Shown here in pieces: positions 34,556 to 44,460 of a stretch of DNA of 64,000 nt. Numbering within the stretch: position 1 is the first letter of the stretch; every line of letters begins with the position of its first letter. The notes beneath the pieces are model-generated. The model was not told the DNA's origin. It did no database searches and saw nothing but the letters and a program-made list of their open reading frames with translations. A program made the translations under genes and the position numbers. Origin of the DNA: a virus; the IMG/VR virus record IMGVR_UViG_3300022699_000293, positions 1 to 64,000 of that record; one strand, written 5' to 3'.

Positions 34556-37500
34556 ATGCCTAAGCTAACACCTTTGATGATAGGTCCAGATCAACGTAGA
34601 ACTCTTATTCACGAAAAAGTGAAAGAGGGTTTGAATGAATCATTTCCTATACAGTCTCGGAATAAGACATTGGAAGTGAAAGATCTTCGCATAATAAATA
34701 AAGACTATACGCCGACAGAACAGAAACGCGCAATTCTTTCTGGAGATTCTCTCTTTGAATCTGTTAAAGGAACTGTAAGTATAAAAGATAAGAAGGGTAA
34801 AATTTTAGATGAAGCCAAAAACTTTACTTTAGTCCGAATTCCTTATTTTACTCCTCGACATACTTTTATCATTGGGGGTAACGAACATTCTGTTTCTAAT
34901 ATGGTACGTCGTAAACCGGGAGTTTATTCTCGTAAAAGAGCTAATGGTATTTTAGAGGCAGGGTTTAACACCATCGGAGGATCTAATTTTCGAGTAAGCA
35001 TGGATCCTTCTAAAGGACAGCCACAATTAGAATACGGGTCGACTAAAATTCCATTATATCCTATTTTACGTAAATCTGGAATTTCTCACGACAATATAGC
35101 TAAAGCGTGGGGGTCTAAATTAGCAGATATTAATGAAAAAGAACTATCTTCTAAAACAGACAGATATATTGATAAGTTATATAACAAAGAAATTCCTCCT
35201 TATTTTAGAGACGAAACAAAAACTTCTCAGGAAAAAATGGAGGATATTTTAACACGTTATAAAGATGCTAAAATGGATCCTGAAGTTAATCAAAAAACTT
35301 TAGGACGTCCTCACACGCATGTTACTCCTGACAGTTTGCTGGACGCGTCTACTCGTGTATTGAAAATATTTAACAAAGAAGAAGACGTGGACGATCAAGA
35401 TAATTTGGGCTTTAAAACATTAATGTCTGTTGATGATTTTTTTAAAGAGCGTATAAAATTACACGCTAGAAACGTTGCTAATAAAACAGCGATAAAAATG
35501 GAAAGAACCCCGCAACTTAAGAAAGCATTACCTCCAGGCCCATTTACAAAAGATCTGTTACAATTTATTTCTACTTCCTCTTTGTCTTCAATTCCAGATC
35601 AAACTAACCCTGTGGATTTGATTGACTCAGCTATGAGAGTAACGTCTTTAGGTGAAGGTGGAATCTCAACTGAACGTGCTATTCCTATCGAAGCTCGACA
35701 AACCCATGTAACTCAAATGGGTGCTTTAGATCCTATTAGAACACCAGAATCTAGTCGTGCCGGTATTGATGTAAGAGCTGCAGTAACAGCTCAACGAGAT
35801 GAAAATGGAGATATCTACGTTCCTGTTTACGACGTAAAAAGTCAACGAGAAAAATACATTAAAGCAGGTCACCTCCAGGACTCTGTTGTAGCTTTTGCGA
35901 ACCAACCCTTGAAAGGGTCTGTTGAGGCTGTCGCACGAGGTGTTGTTCGTCGTGTACCTGCACGAGAAGTAGACTACCAAATACCGCACCAATCTCGTTT
36001 ATACAGTGCTACAACAAACTTAATTCCTTTTTTGGAATCGGCACAAGGCAATCGAGCTGTAATGGGTTCGAAAATGCAAGTGCAAGCGTTATCCTTGGTT
36101 AATCGTGACGCTCCTTATGTTCAAGTTGCGACGCCTTCACAAAAATCTTTCGAACGAATGATAGGTAAGATTGTTAATCCCCATTCTCCAGTATCAGGCA
36201 CTGTTAAAAAAATAGATAATGATTACATTTACGTGTTGCCCGACCAAGAAAAACAAGCCGCAATTAACAAAGCTATTAAAATTCCTTATGACAATAATTT
36301 TCCGTTAGCTACCAAAACATATTTAAATCATGATTTGTTTGTCAAACCTGGAGATAAAGTTAAGAAGGGTCAAACTTTAGGTACTTCTAATTTTACTAAA
36401 AATGGGGTTTTGGCACTAGGTAAGAACATGAGTGTTGCTTACATGCCGTATTACGGAAAAAATTCTAATGATGCGGTAGTGATTAGCGACAAAGCAGCAA
36501 AAAACTTAACGTCTGAACGTATGTATAAAATCGTAGTACCTCAAGAACCCAACTTAACTTTAAACCAAAACAAACATAAAACGTATTACGGGCATAGATA
36601 TAAAAAGGATCAATATAGAAGGTTAGACAAAGATGGAGTAATCGAAGCAGGTACTAAATTAACTCCACACGACCCATTGGTGGTAGGTGTTCGAAAAACT
36701 GAATTATCTCCGGATGACTTAATACTAGGACGATTGCATCGTTCTCTTGCAAACCCTTACAAAGAATTTAAACACGAGTGGGATCACGATTATGAAGGAG
36801 AAGTTGTAGATGTAGTCAAAACACCTAAACGTGTAACCATGACAGTTAAAACACGAGAACCTGCACGAATAGGAGACAAGTTAAGTGGGCGTTTTGGGAA
36901 TAAGGGGGTTGTTTCTGAAATCATTCCTCAAGATGAAATGGTTAAGGATGAGGCTGGAAAGCCTATTGATATTATTATGACTTCCGCTGGTGTTGTGTCA
37001 CGAATTAATCCTAGCCAAATTATAGAAACAGCGGTAGGGAAAGTTGCTGAAAAAACAGGAAAACCAATTATTGTAGATAACTTTACTAGAAAAGATAATG
37101 TTAAATGGGCAAGAAAATTATTAAAAGAACATGATTTAAAAGATAAGGAAACTGTTTACGATCCAAAATCAGGAAAAAAAATTCCTAACATTATGGTAGG
37201 TCGTCAATATCTTTATAAGTTATCTAAATCTACTGATACAAATTATAGTGCTCGAAGTATGGGTACTTATGACATGAATATGCAACCAACTCGGGGAGGA
37301 ATTCAAGGAGCTAAGGCTTTAGGCAAAATGGAATTCGATGCTTTGCTAGGTCATAATGCACGCAATATTTTAAGAGAAGCTGCTACAGTTAAAAGTCAAA
37401 AGAATGATGAATTTTGGCGTGCTATTCAACTAGGTCAAATGCCTCCTACACCAAAATCTATTTTTGCTTACGATAAATTTCTCAACATGTTGAAAGGTGC

Positions 37501-38917
37501 AGGTGTTCGCGTAGACCGCGAAGGTAGTAAAATGTCTTTAGCCCCCCTTACGGACAAAGATGTTACTGAAATGTCTTCCGGTGAAATCAAAGATGCTAAG
37601 ATAGTACGCGCCAAGGATTTACGTCCGGAAACCGGAGGTTTGTTTGATCCGGGAATAACTGGAGGTTTACGAGGAACTCGCTGGTCTCATATTTCTTTGG
37701 CTGAACCTATAATTAACCCTGTATTTAAAGAACCTGTTAGGCGGTTACTAGATATGTCTAACGCACAATTGACAGATACGCTAAAAACTAAAGGAGGAAA
37801 TCATATTAAAAAAGAATTGGGTAAGATTGATTTGGATGCTAAAGAAAAAGAGCTTAAACGACAATTAAAGAAAAAGAATCCAAGTCAAGTAGATAATTCT
37901 TTAAAACAAATAAAATACATACGCGCATTAAAAAAATTAAATTTAAAACCTGATGAAGCGTATACAATGACGAAAGTACCCGTTGTTCCGCCGGTGATTC
38001 GTCCTGTAGTACCCGGTAAAGGTGGGACACAACTTGTTTACGGTGATGCCAATCCTTTATACCAAGATTTGATTTATATTAATAATCAAATGAAAGAAAT
38101 AAAGGATCCTAAAAATCCTACACCTCCGGGTGAAGAAGAAAAACTTAGACCTTCATTGCAACAAGCTGTAGGCGCAGTTTATGGGACTGATGAGCCCGCC
38201 ACAGCAAAATCTCGAGGACGAAAGCATAAAGGTTTTTTAACTTATATCTCGGGAGAGGGAGGACCAAAGCATGGATTTTTTCAATCAAAGTTGATGTCTC
38301 GAGCTCAAGATATGGCTGGGAGAGGAACAATTGTTCCTGACAGTACTTTGGGAGTAGATGAGATTGGCGTACCTGAAGAAATGCTATGGACGATGTACCG
38401 AGATTTTATCATCAGGGGCTTAGTTCAAAAAGGTTTTCCGGCTATCCAAGCTCGTCAAATGGTGGAAGACAAACATCCAGCTGCAAAAGATACGCTAAAC
38501 CGAATTATTAAGGAACGTCCTGTATTAATGAACCGCGCACCTACGTTACACAGGTACAACATTGTAGGAGCTAAACCTGTACCTGTACCAGGACGTACAT
38601 TACGAGTTAATCCTTTTATAGAAGCGCATATGAATGCAGATTATGACGGAGATGCAATGACCCTACATGTTCCCATCTCGCCTGCTGCTGTTAAAGAAGC
38701 GGAGGATATTACGCTTTCTAAACTTTTATACGGGGATAAAACCAAAAATGACTTATTAGTTTTCCCACAGCACGAAGCGATAATGGGGATACACCAAGCT
38801 AGTGGCGCGGACGATAAGAATACAATACCTAAAAAATTTAAAAATCAGGGTGAAGCAATAGCAGCTTACAAACGTGGAGAAATTGGACTAGGAACTCGGG
38901 TAACTATTGGAAATTAA
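34556..38917 (+). CDS. multisubunit RNA polymerase: beta fused to the N-terminal half of beta' (contains the catalytic motif)
   Basis: beta: IPYFT..F.IGG.E, DPIRTPE, NRAVMGSKMQ.QA, GDKLSGRFGNKGVV, GKMEFDAL; beta': GGLFD, HI.LAEP, PVVPP..RP, NRAPTLHR, NADYDGD; AAGGAG RBS before ATG 34556. Confidence 0.93.
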   Translation: MPKLTPLMIGPDQRRTLIHEKVKEGLNESFPIQSRNKTLEVKDLRIINKDYTPTEQKRAILSGDSLFESVKGTVSIKDKKGKILDEAKNFTLVRIPYFTPRHTFIIGGNEHSVSNMVRRKPGVYSRKRANGILEAGFNTIGGSNFRVSMDPSKGQPQLEYGSTKIPLYPILRKSGISHDNIAKAWGSKLADINEKELSSKTDRYIDKLYNKEIPPYFRDETKTSQEKMEDILTRYKDAKMDPEVNQKTLGRPHTHVTPDSLLDASTRVLKIFNKEEDVDDQDNLGFKTLMSVDDFFKERIKLHARNVANKTAIKMERTPQLKKALPPGPFTKDLLQFISTSSLSSIPDQTNPVDLIDSAMRVTSLGEGGISTERAIPIEARQTHVTQMGALDPIRTPESSRAGIDVRAAVTAQRDENGDIYVPVYDVKSQREKYIKAGHLQDSVVAFANQPLKGSVEAVARGVVRRVPAREVDYQIPHQSRLYSATTNLIPFLESAQGNRAVMGSKMQVQALSLVNRDAPYVQVATPSQKSFERMIGKIVNPHSPVSGTVKKIDNDYIYVLPDQEKQAAINKAIKIPYDNNFPLATKTYLNHDLFVKPGDKVKKGQTLGTSNFTKNGVLALGKNMSVAYMPYYGKNSNDAVVISDKAAKNLTSERMYKIVVPQEPNLTLNQNKHKTYYGHRYKKDQYRRLDKDGVIEAGTKLTPHDPLVVGVRKTELSPDDLILGRLHRSLANPYKEFKHEWDHDYEGEVVDVVKTPKRVTMTVKTREPARIGDKLSGRFGNKGVVSEIIPQDEMVKDEAGKPIDIIMTSAGVVSRINPSQIIETAVGKVAEKTGKPIIVDNFTRKDNVKWARKLLKEHDLKDKETVYDPKSGKKIPNIMVGRQYLYKLSKSTDTNYSARSMGTYDMNMQPTRGGIQGAKALGKMEFDALLGHNARNILREAATVKSQKNDEFWRAIQLGQMPPTPKSIFAYDKFLNMLKGAGVRVDREGSKMSLAPLTDKDVTEMSSGEIKDAKIVRAKDLRPETGGLFDPGITGGLRGTRWSHISLAEPIINPVFKEPVRRLLDMSNAQLTDTLKTKGGNHIKKELGKIDLDAKEKELKRQLKKKNPSQVDNSLKQIKYIRALKKLNLKPDEAYTMTKVPVVPPVIRPVVPGKGGTQLVYGDANPLYQDLIYINNQMKEIKDPKNPTPPGEEEKLRPSLQQAVGAVYGTDEPATAKSRGRKHKGFLTYISGEGGPKHGFFQSKLMSRAQDMAGRGTIVPDSTLGVDEIGVPEEMLWTMYRDFIIRGLVQKGFPAIQARQMVEDKHPAAKDTLNRIIKERPVLMNRAPTLHRYNIVGAKPVPVPGRTLRVNPFIEAHMNADYDGDAMTLHVPISPAAVKEAEDITLSKLLYGDKTKNDLLVFPQHEAIMGIHQASGADDKNTIPKKFKNQGEAIAAYKRGEIGLGTRVTIGN

Positions 38918-40507
38918 ATGACTCATTCTTCACCAGCGCAGCGTACTGCAGCCTGGGCTAATCGGAAATACCCAGATGTAGAAAACTTGAATACTGTTTT
39001 AGTAGATAGTCCAAGTACTAGCCTACGAATGACAAAAAAAGATGTATTAGATTATTATACAACACCAGAGGTGCAACGTAACTTGTTGCCCCAATTACGT
39101 CAAAAAGATTTAATTGCCTTAGTTGCTAGAGATCCTAACAATCCAATAATCAGAAGGTATCGTAGAAGAAAGGAACCTGTCCGCATATCTGATAAAAAAG
39201 ACTTAGATTGGTATGCCAAGCGCAGATATGTTGAATTTCACCCAACGTTAAAATCCAAATCTAAAGAGTTGTGGGTAGACTTGGATGCGGGTAAGAATGT
39301 AGGTATCGACGAAATAAAACCTGCAGTTAAAGATGTACAAAAAGCTGTTTCTAAAATCCCCAACATTAAAAAAACGGACATAACATTTTCTGGTGGTCGA
39401 GGTTTTCATGTTCGAGGAGAGTTAAATAAAGAACAAAGAACAAGTTCCTTAGAAAAAGTTATCAAACGCGTTATGGCTCGTTTGGCACGACGAAATAAAC
39501 GTTACACTACACGCCCTCCCAAAACCAATGAAATTCGTCTTGACACTTCTACGTTTCACGAACGAGGTTCAATACGCGCTCCTTTTTCACTTAATCAAAA
39601 AACAGGATTAGTTTCAGTTCCTGTAAAAAATAATCATTTAAAATCTTTTGATCCTATTGCTCATGCTAACCCTTGGGCAGTGATTGCTGAATTACGACGT
39701 AAAAAGAAAACTTCGCGTGAATTTGCTCCAGGCATTCCCGAAAATAGAGCTATTAAATCTTTACCTAGCTTTAAACAACCTAAATCGTGGATTATGTCTG
39801 TTCAAGAGCATGACGCAAAAAAAGCAGGAAAACATTACGATTTACGTTTAGTGGATCCTTGGAGTGACTACGCTCACTCTTGGGCAATCCCTAAAAGTAA
39901 ACTACCTCGAGCAGGAGAAAAACCTGTTCTAGCAATCCAAACTCCTACACATACATCGAACTATGCATTAACCTTTGGAGCTAAAAAACCTGAGCATATT
40001 GCCAAGGGCTACGGAGCAGGCACAGTACAAATAAAACATAAGGAACCTGTACAATTAACTTCTTCTCCAGATTTTATTAAATTCAAAAGACAAAAAGGTC
40101 GTGGCCAAGAAGAAAATTTTGTGCTATTCCGAACTAAAGGAGATTCTTGGTTATTACGTAATGTGACAAAATCGGGAACAGTAAAGGAAGCTGTAATGAG
40201 TTCTTTATATTGGAATGGATTTGAAGAAACGCTACAAAAATTAGGTATGTCTAATGAAGTGCGTGCGGCTATAAAACAACGTGGTCAATCGGAAAATATG
40301 CAACAATCTTTAGAAACAGAAGATCAAGGATTACCTTCTGCGGCTTTAGCTAAACAACTACAGAAATTACCTGTACCTGAAATTGTACACAAAAATAAAG
40401 GACAAGATAGCGTTGAAAATAGACTAAATAGATCTGTATCTTGGGGACCTAAACAAGAAATTTCACATGAAGTTGCTACGGGACCTTCCCCGATAATGGG
40501 AATTTAA
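38918..40507 (+). CDS. LigD-like primase-polymerase (AEP) plus 3'-phosphoesterase, no ligase domain
   Basis: EFHP, VDLD, FSGGRGFHV, IRLD, RAPFSL; QEHDA...HYDLRL, SWAIPK, LAIQT.TH, GYGAG. Confidence 0.85.
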   Translation: MTHSSPAQRTAAWANRKYPDVENLNTVLVDSPSTSLRMTKKDVLDYYTTPEVQRNLLPQLRQKDLIALVARDPNNPIIRRYRRRKEPVRISDKKDLDWYAKRRYVEFHPTLKSKSKELWVDLDAGKNVGIDEIKPAVKDVQKAVSKIPNIKKTDITFSGGRGFHVRGELNKEQRTSSLEKVIKRVMARLARRNKRYTTRPPKTNEIRLDTSTFHERGSIRAPFSLNQKTGLVSVPVKNNHLKSFDPIAHANPWAVIAELRRKKKTSREFAPGIPENRAIKSLPSFKQPKSWIMSVQEHDAKKAGKHYDLRLVDPWSDYAHSWAIPKSKLPRAGEKPVLAIQTPTHTSNYALTFGAKKPEHIAKGYGAGTVQIKHKEPVQLTSSPDFIKFKRQKGRGQEENFVLFRTKGDSWLLRNVTKSGTVKEAVMSSLYWNGFEETLQKLGMSNEVRAAIKQRGQSENMQQSLETEDQGLPSAALAKQLQKLPVPEIVHKNKGQDSVENRLNRSVSWGPKQEISHEVATGPSPIMGI

Positions 40508-40508
40508 T

Positions 40509-42305
40509 ATGACTACACAAACTTTTGGGCGATACTTACTTAACCAACATATTCCTAAAGATTATCAATTGTCGGGAGAATCTGGGAAAAAAGAATTACG
40601 TACCAAAATGAACGCATTGGCAAAAAAAGATCCGGTGGCTTATGTGAAAACAATTACAGATCTTAAGCGTGAAGGTGATTTCTTAGCTACAATGTCGGGA
40701 CTTTCTGTGGGCTTGGATGATATTTCACCGGCACCGACACGCGATGAAGTATTGAAACCTTTGGTATCTGCTTTTAATCGCGCACAAACAGATAAACAAA
40801 GACGGCGTATTGCCGAACAAGCACAGGAAAAATTACTCAGTACTGTATCCAAACATCCAGGATCCATGACACAACAAGTAAAAAGTGGGGCTCGAGGAAA
40901 ACCTGTACAGTATATGAAAATTGTCGCATCTCCTGCTGCAGCTAGAGATTCTTACGGATATACAGAACCTTGGTTGATTACTCGGTCATATGCCGAAGGT
41001 TTACGCCCTTCTGATTATTGGGTTGCGGGTAACGAAGCTATCTTAGACACTATCAAAAGCACTGTTTCAGTGTCTGAACCAGGGGAATTGACTAAAGTCC
41101 TTATGAGTAATATGGCAGATACGCTTGTAATTGAAATTGATTGCGGCACACATAATGGTATTTCCTTAAATGTTAGTGACTCTAATATTTTAGACAGGTA
41201 CTTGGCTCGAGATACCGGACGCTTTAAGCGTAATACTTTAATTACATCACAAGTACAAACGGCTTTAAAAAAAGCAGGAAAACAAAAAATCCTGGTACGT
41301 TCTCCTATGACTTGTGAGTCTGATGATGGAGTTTGTCAGAAATGCCAAGGGTTGGATGAGAAAGGTAATCCTCAAGAATTGGGTGTGAACGTTGGTGTGC
41401 GTGCAGCTTCTGCGTTAGGGGAACCTTTAAGTCAATTTGCCTTGGATGCTAAGCACGGAGTACGTACGGCTAAAGGAGATCGTGCTAGATTGCAAGGAGT
41501 TTCTGGCTTTCGTCAAATAATAGAATCGCCACAACAATTTTTAAACAAAGCAACTCTTGCGGAACACGGCGGGAATGTAGATAAGATTGAAACTGCTCCT
41601 CAGGGAGGTCATTTCGTATACGTGAATGCTAAAAAACATTTTGTACCTCCTAATTTACAAGTAACAGCAAAAAAGGGGGATTCCATAGAACCAGGAGATT
41701 CTCTTAGTGAAGGCATTCCCAAACCTGATGAAATAGTTCGTTACAAAGGACTCGGTGCAGGACGGCAGTATCTTGTAAATACTTTGCGTGATTTGTATGC
41801 TAATCAAGGACGAGACTTAGATCAGAGACATTTTGAATTATTAGCAAAGAACGAATTGAACCATGTGCGCGTTTTAGAAGATCCAGGTAACAATTTTTTA
41901 AAAGGAGACGTGGTATCTTATAATGCTCTTCGATCTACATTAGCTAAACAATCAAAAGAAATACCTATTAACGAGTCGTTAGGGCAAGTATTAGGAAAAC
42001 CTTACTTTCATTTTTCTGTAGGTCAGCGTATTACTCCAGCAGTTCTTCACTATTTAAAGAAAGAAGGTTTGAAATCTGTACTCATTGCTTCAAAAGCACC
42101 TAATGTAGAATTTATTATGAAACCTGCAACACGCGCACCCTTGTTAAACCCTGATTGGATGGCTCGATTAGGTCACAGGTACTTAAAAACAACTCTAAAG
42201 GAAGCTGCTCATTTTGGGGATATTTCTAATTTACAAGGTACCCACCCTGTTCCTGCTTACGCTGCTGGCGTAAACTTTGGTCAGGGAAAACAAGGACGCT
42301 ATTAG
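40509..42305 (+). CDS. rpoC: RNA polymerase beta' C-terminal half
   Basis: TFGR, SGARG, SYAEGL.P, DT.....EPGELTK, DCGT, VRSP.TC...VCQKC.G, VGV.AA..LGEP.SQ, HFELL. Confidence 0.9.
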   Translation: MTTQTFGRYLLNQHIPKDYQLSGESGKKELRTKMNALAKKDPVAYVKTITDLKREGDFLATMSGLSVGLDDISPAPTRDEVLKPLVSAFNRAQTDKQRRRIAEQAQEKLLSTVSKHPGSMTQQVKSGARGKPVQYMKIVASPAAARDSYGYTEPWLITRSYAEGLRPSDYWVAGNEAILDTIKSTVSVSEPGELTKVLMSNMADTLVIEIDCGTHNGISLNVSDSNILDRYLARDTGRFKRNTLITSQVQTALKKAGKQKILVRSPMTCESDDGVCQKCQGLDEKGNPQELGVNVGVRAASALGEPLSQFALDAKHGVRTAKGDRARLQGVSGFRQIIESPQQFLNKATLAEHGGNVDKIETAPQGGHFVYVNAKKHFVPPNLQVTAKKGDSIEPGDSLSEGIPKPDEIVRYKGLGAGRQYLVNTLRDLYANQGRDLDQRHFELLAKNELNHVRVLEDPGNNFLKGDVVSYNALRSTLAKQSKEIPINESLGQVLGKPYFHFSVGQRITPAVLHYLKKEGLKSVLIASKAPNVEFIMKPATRAPLLNPDWMARLGHRYLKTTLKEAAHFGDISNLQGTHPVPAYAAGVNFGQGKQGRY

Positions 42306-42312
42306 GAATAAA

Positions 42313-42816
42313 ATGGATTACGATTTTTATAAGTTAGGATGGGATGCAGCACTTGTAGACTTAGGCTTATGTAAAGAAGCTGCGTGGCCTAAAAGTTTAG
42401 CACGTGTGGGGAAATTTTTAAAAAGTAAGGTTCCTTCTAAAGCAGGTGTAAAAAAATTTTTTATAGGCAGTCCTAGACGTTTTATGCATGAATTTCGCAG
42501 TAAAAAATTATTGCAACCTGGAAGTACTTTGCGTGAGGGTTACAGAGCACGCAGTCCTCTGGAAAAAGCGCTGCTTTACGGTTTTCCATTGTACGAGGGA
42601 GGCCGTATTTTAACAGGAGACCCTGGACAAAGAGCTGAAAATATAGGAGGATTGCTGGGAGGTATGACTCTTGGTTTGGGTGCGTGGGGGCCTTCAGGTA
42701 TGTTAGGCTCCATAGCTGCAGGTAGCTTGGGAGACTATTTAGGAAGAGGACTTGCCCGAACAGCTAAACATTCTTTGGGAGTAACCCCCGACGTAACGAA
42801 TATATACAAAAAATAA
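42313..42816 (+). CDS. basic glycine-zipper protein with N-terminal tag; putative head cargo/ejection protein
   Basis: FYKLGWDAALVDLGLCKEAA followed by GxxxG-rich hydrophobic helices. Confidence 0.55.
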   Translation: MDYDFYKLGWDAALVDLGLCKEAAWPKSLARVGKFLKSKVPSKAGVKKFFIGSPRRFMHEFRSKKLLQPGSTLREGYRARSPLEKALLYGFPLYEGGRILTGDPGQRAENIGGLLGGMTLGLGAWGPSGMLGSIAAGSLGDYLGRGLARTAKHSLGVTPDVTNIYKK

Positions 42817-42825
42817 AATTAAATC

Positions 42826-42854
42826 TTGGTAATTTTCACCGAATGCCATATACT
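42826..42854 (+). promoter_or_regulatory. sigma70-like promoter
   Basis: TTGGTA-17 nt-TATACT, then GGAGG RBS and ATG 42883. Confidence 0.45.
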
Positions 42855-42882
42855 TGGCGTGAACACTTTGGAGGTAAATAAA

Positions 42883-43326
42883 ATGGATACAGCAACAGCT
42901 AACGCATTAATCAAAGCCGCTTATGCCGAAGGCGTGAAACAAGCATTAACTGAGCGTGGATTAGACGAAAAAACAGCGTCTATTCGAAGTGAAGTGTTTA
43001 CAGAAGAAAAATTTGCCGGTATTGCAGATGTCGGACAAGCTATTCGAAGCGGTCTTGGTCGCGCTGGGCAAGCTGTAGGCGGGGCTGCTAGCCGTGCTGG
43101 GCAAGCTGTAGGCGGGGCTGCTAGCCGTGCTGGGCAAGCTGTAGGCGGGGCTGCTAGGTCTGCAAAAGAAACCGCAAGCATCCCTATTGAAAATTTGAAG
43201 CTTCTACGTGAAACCAATCCGGAAGCCTTTAATGCTCTTATGGGTGGTGGTATCATCGGTGGTGGTGCAGGTTTAGGTGCTGGAATTGGTGGGACGTTGG
43301 GTACTCAAGCTCTTTTAGAAGATTGA
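42883..43326 (+). CDS. Gly/Ala-rich protein with 11-aa repeats and glycine zipper; putative head cargo
   Basis: AYAEGVKQALTERGLDEKTA; RAGQAVGGAAS-type unit about 3x; C-terminal GGGIIGGGAGLGAGIGG. Confidence 0.6.
   Translation: MDTATANALIKAAYAEGVKQALTERGLDEKTASIRSEVFTEEKFAGIADVGQAIRSGLGRAGQAVGGAASRAGQAVGGAASRAGQAVGGAARSAKETASIPIENLKLLRETNPEAFNALMGGGIIGGGAGLGAGIGGTLGTQALLED
43063..43157 (+). repeat. 33-bp perfect tandem repeat, ~2.9 copies
   Basis: Unit GCTGGGCAAGCTGTAGGCGGGGCTGCTAGCCGT. Confidence 0.95.
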
Positions 43327-43358
43327 GTTTTTAAAAAAAGCAACCGGGAGAAAACACC

Positions 43359-44381
43359 ATGGGATTGTTCAAACGTGCACATGTAAGGGGCATCAATCAT
43401 GAATTGGTACGACAAGGAATGATTGGATGGCCTTCTGAAAAAATTGCTGAAGAAGCAACTGATGTCATAGCCGACGAACTTGCAGAAGAAGAAATACCTG
43501 AAGTTAGCGGTGACGAAGGTTTGTCTGCTGAAGAAGCAGCAGCTATCATTGATCAATTGGTCGAAGTAGCAGAAGCTATTGCAGAAAAAACCGGACAAGT
43601 ACATGATGATAACTTGTCTAAGATGGCTGCTTCAGTGAATTATGAAACAGCAGCATCAGCGCATGCTACGTCTTTGTTGCAAAAAGCAGCAGCCGAGGCA
43701 GGTACTGATGTTACAGGGGATGGAAGATTTCAGGAAACTATGATGGATGGGGGCATGGGGCATATTGATGCTCGAAAAGATCCTTCATCGGAAAAAGTTG
43801 GTCCTCAAGGTACTAGTACTTTAGATACTTCTCCTGGAGAGGTTGGAGCACAAACACCCCAACCCGAAACTATCGGTCCGGCAGAAGAAGTTAGTTCAGA
43901 AGTTTCTAAACTTTCGTCACGTATTGAAAAGTTAAATGACCTTCTGAACAAGCAGTCCAGTACCGACCCAGGGTCAGGAAATACAGGTACTCCTGCGCGA
44001 AAAGAACCTAAGGATAACCAAGAAATGTCGGGTGTAGCTCCGGCTCAAGGAAAAACTACACAACCTAAGGGTCCTCTAATGGGTTCGCAACAACCACAAC
44101 CACGCGCAGAAAGCCCTGCTACTCCTGGTGAAGTAGCTAAACTGTCTTCTTTGCTTCAAAATGCCCTTAATAAGTTGTCTGGTGAAGTGCCTCCTGAGTT
44201 GAAAGAAAACGCAGAAGATATGAAACAACAAGAGGCTAAGGAAGAAAAGGCAAAGCAAGAGGGTAAAAAACCTCCTAAAGAAGAAAAAGACGATAAAGCT
44301 GATTCTGAAAAAAGCGAAGAAGAGAAAAAAGCTCAGTTCGCGCACGCGTTACAAATTTTACAGAACTATGCAGGAAGCTGA
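43359..44381 (+). CDS. acidic, Pro/Gly-rich putative scaffold/internal head protein
   Basis: Low complexity; internal repeat EVSKLSS/EVAKLSS; K-x-A/S motifs. Confidence 0.55.
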   Translation: MGLFKRAHVRGINHELVRQGMIGWPSEKIAEEATDVIADELAEEEIPEVSGDEGLSAEEAAAIIDQLVEVAEAIAEKTGQVHDDNLSKMAASVNYETAASAHATSLLQKAAAEAGTDVTGDGRFQETMMDGGMGHIDARKDPSSEKVGPQGTSTLDTSPGEVGAQTPQPETIGPAEEVSSEVSKLSSRIEKLNDLLNKQSSTDPGSGNTGTPARKEPKDNQEMSGVAPAQGKTTQPKGPLMGSQQPQPRAESPATPGEVAKLSSLLQNALNKLSGEVPPELKENAEDMKQQEAKEEKAKQEGKKPPKEEKDDKADSEKSEEEKKAQFAHALQILQNYAGS

Positions 44382-44460
44382 AAATCTTCCTTTCCTATCT
44401 TCGAATTCAACGGTATAATTTAAATCAAGAATATAAACCCTTTGGAAGGGAGAGATACCT

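Noticed and set aside
689-38917. Inteins or self-splicing introns in NrdJ, terminase, DNA polymerase, helicases or RNAP
   Set aside because: No C/S...HN-C/S/T intein boundaries or LAGLIDADG blocks were noticed, and conserved motifs are contiguous with normal spacing
34556-42305. Bacterial chromosomal rpoBC locus (host contamination)
   Set aside because: No ribosomal protein or other housekeeping neighbours; embedded between portal and head genes; reduced and rearranged subunits
43063-43157. 33-bp repeats as a CRISPR array
   Set aside because: Copies are contiguous with no spacers and lie in frame inside a CDS; no cas1/cas2 in the window
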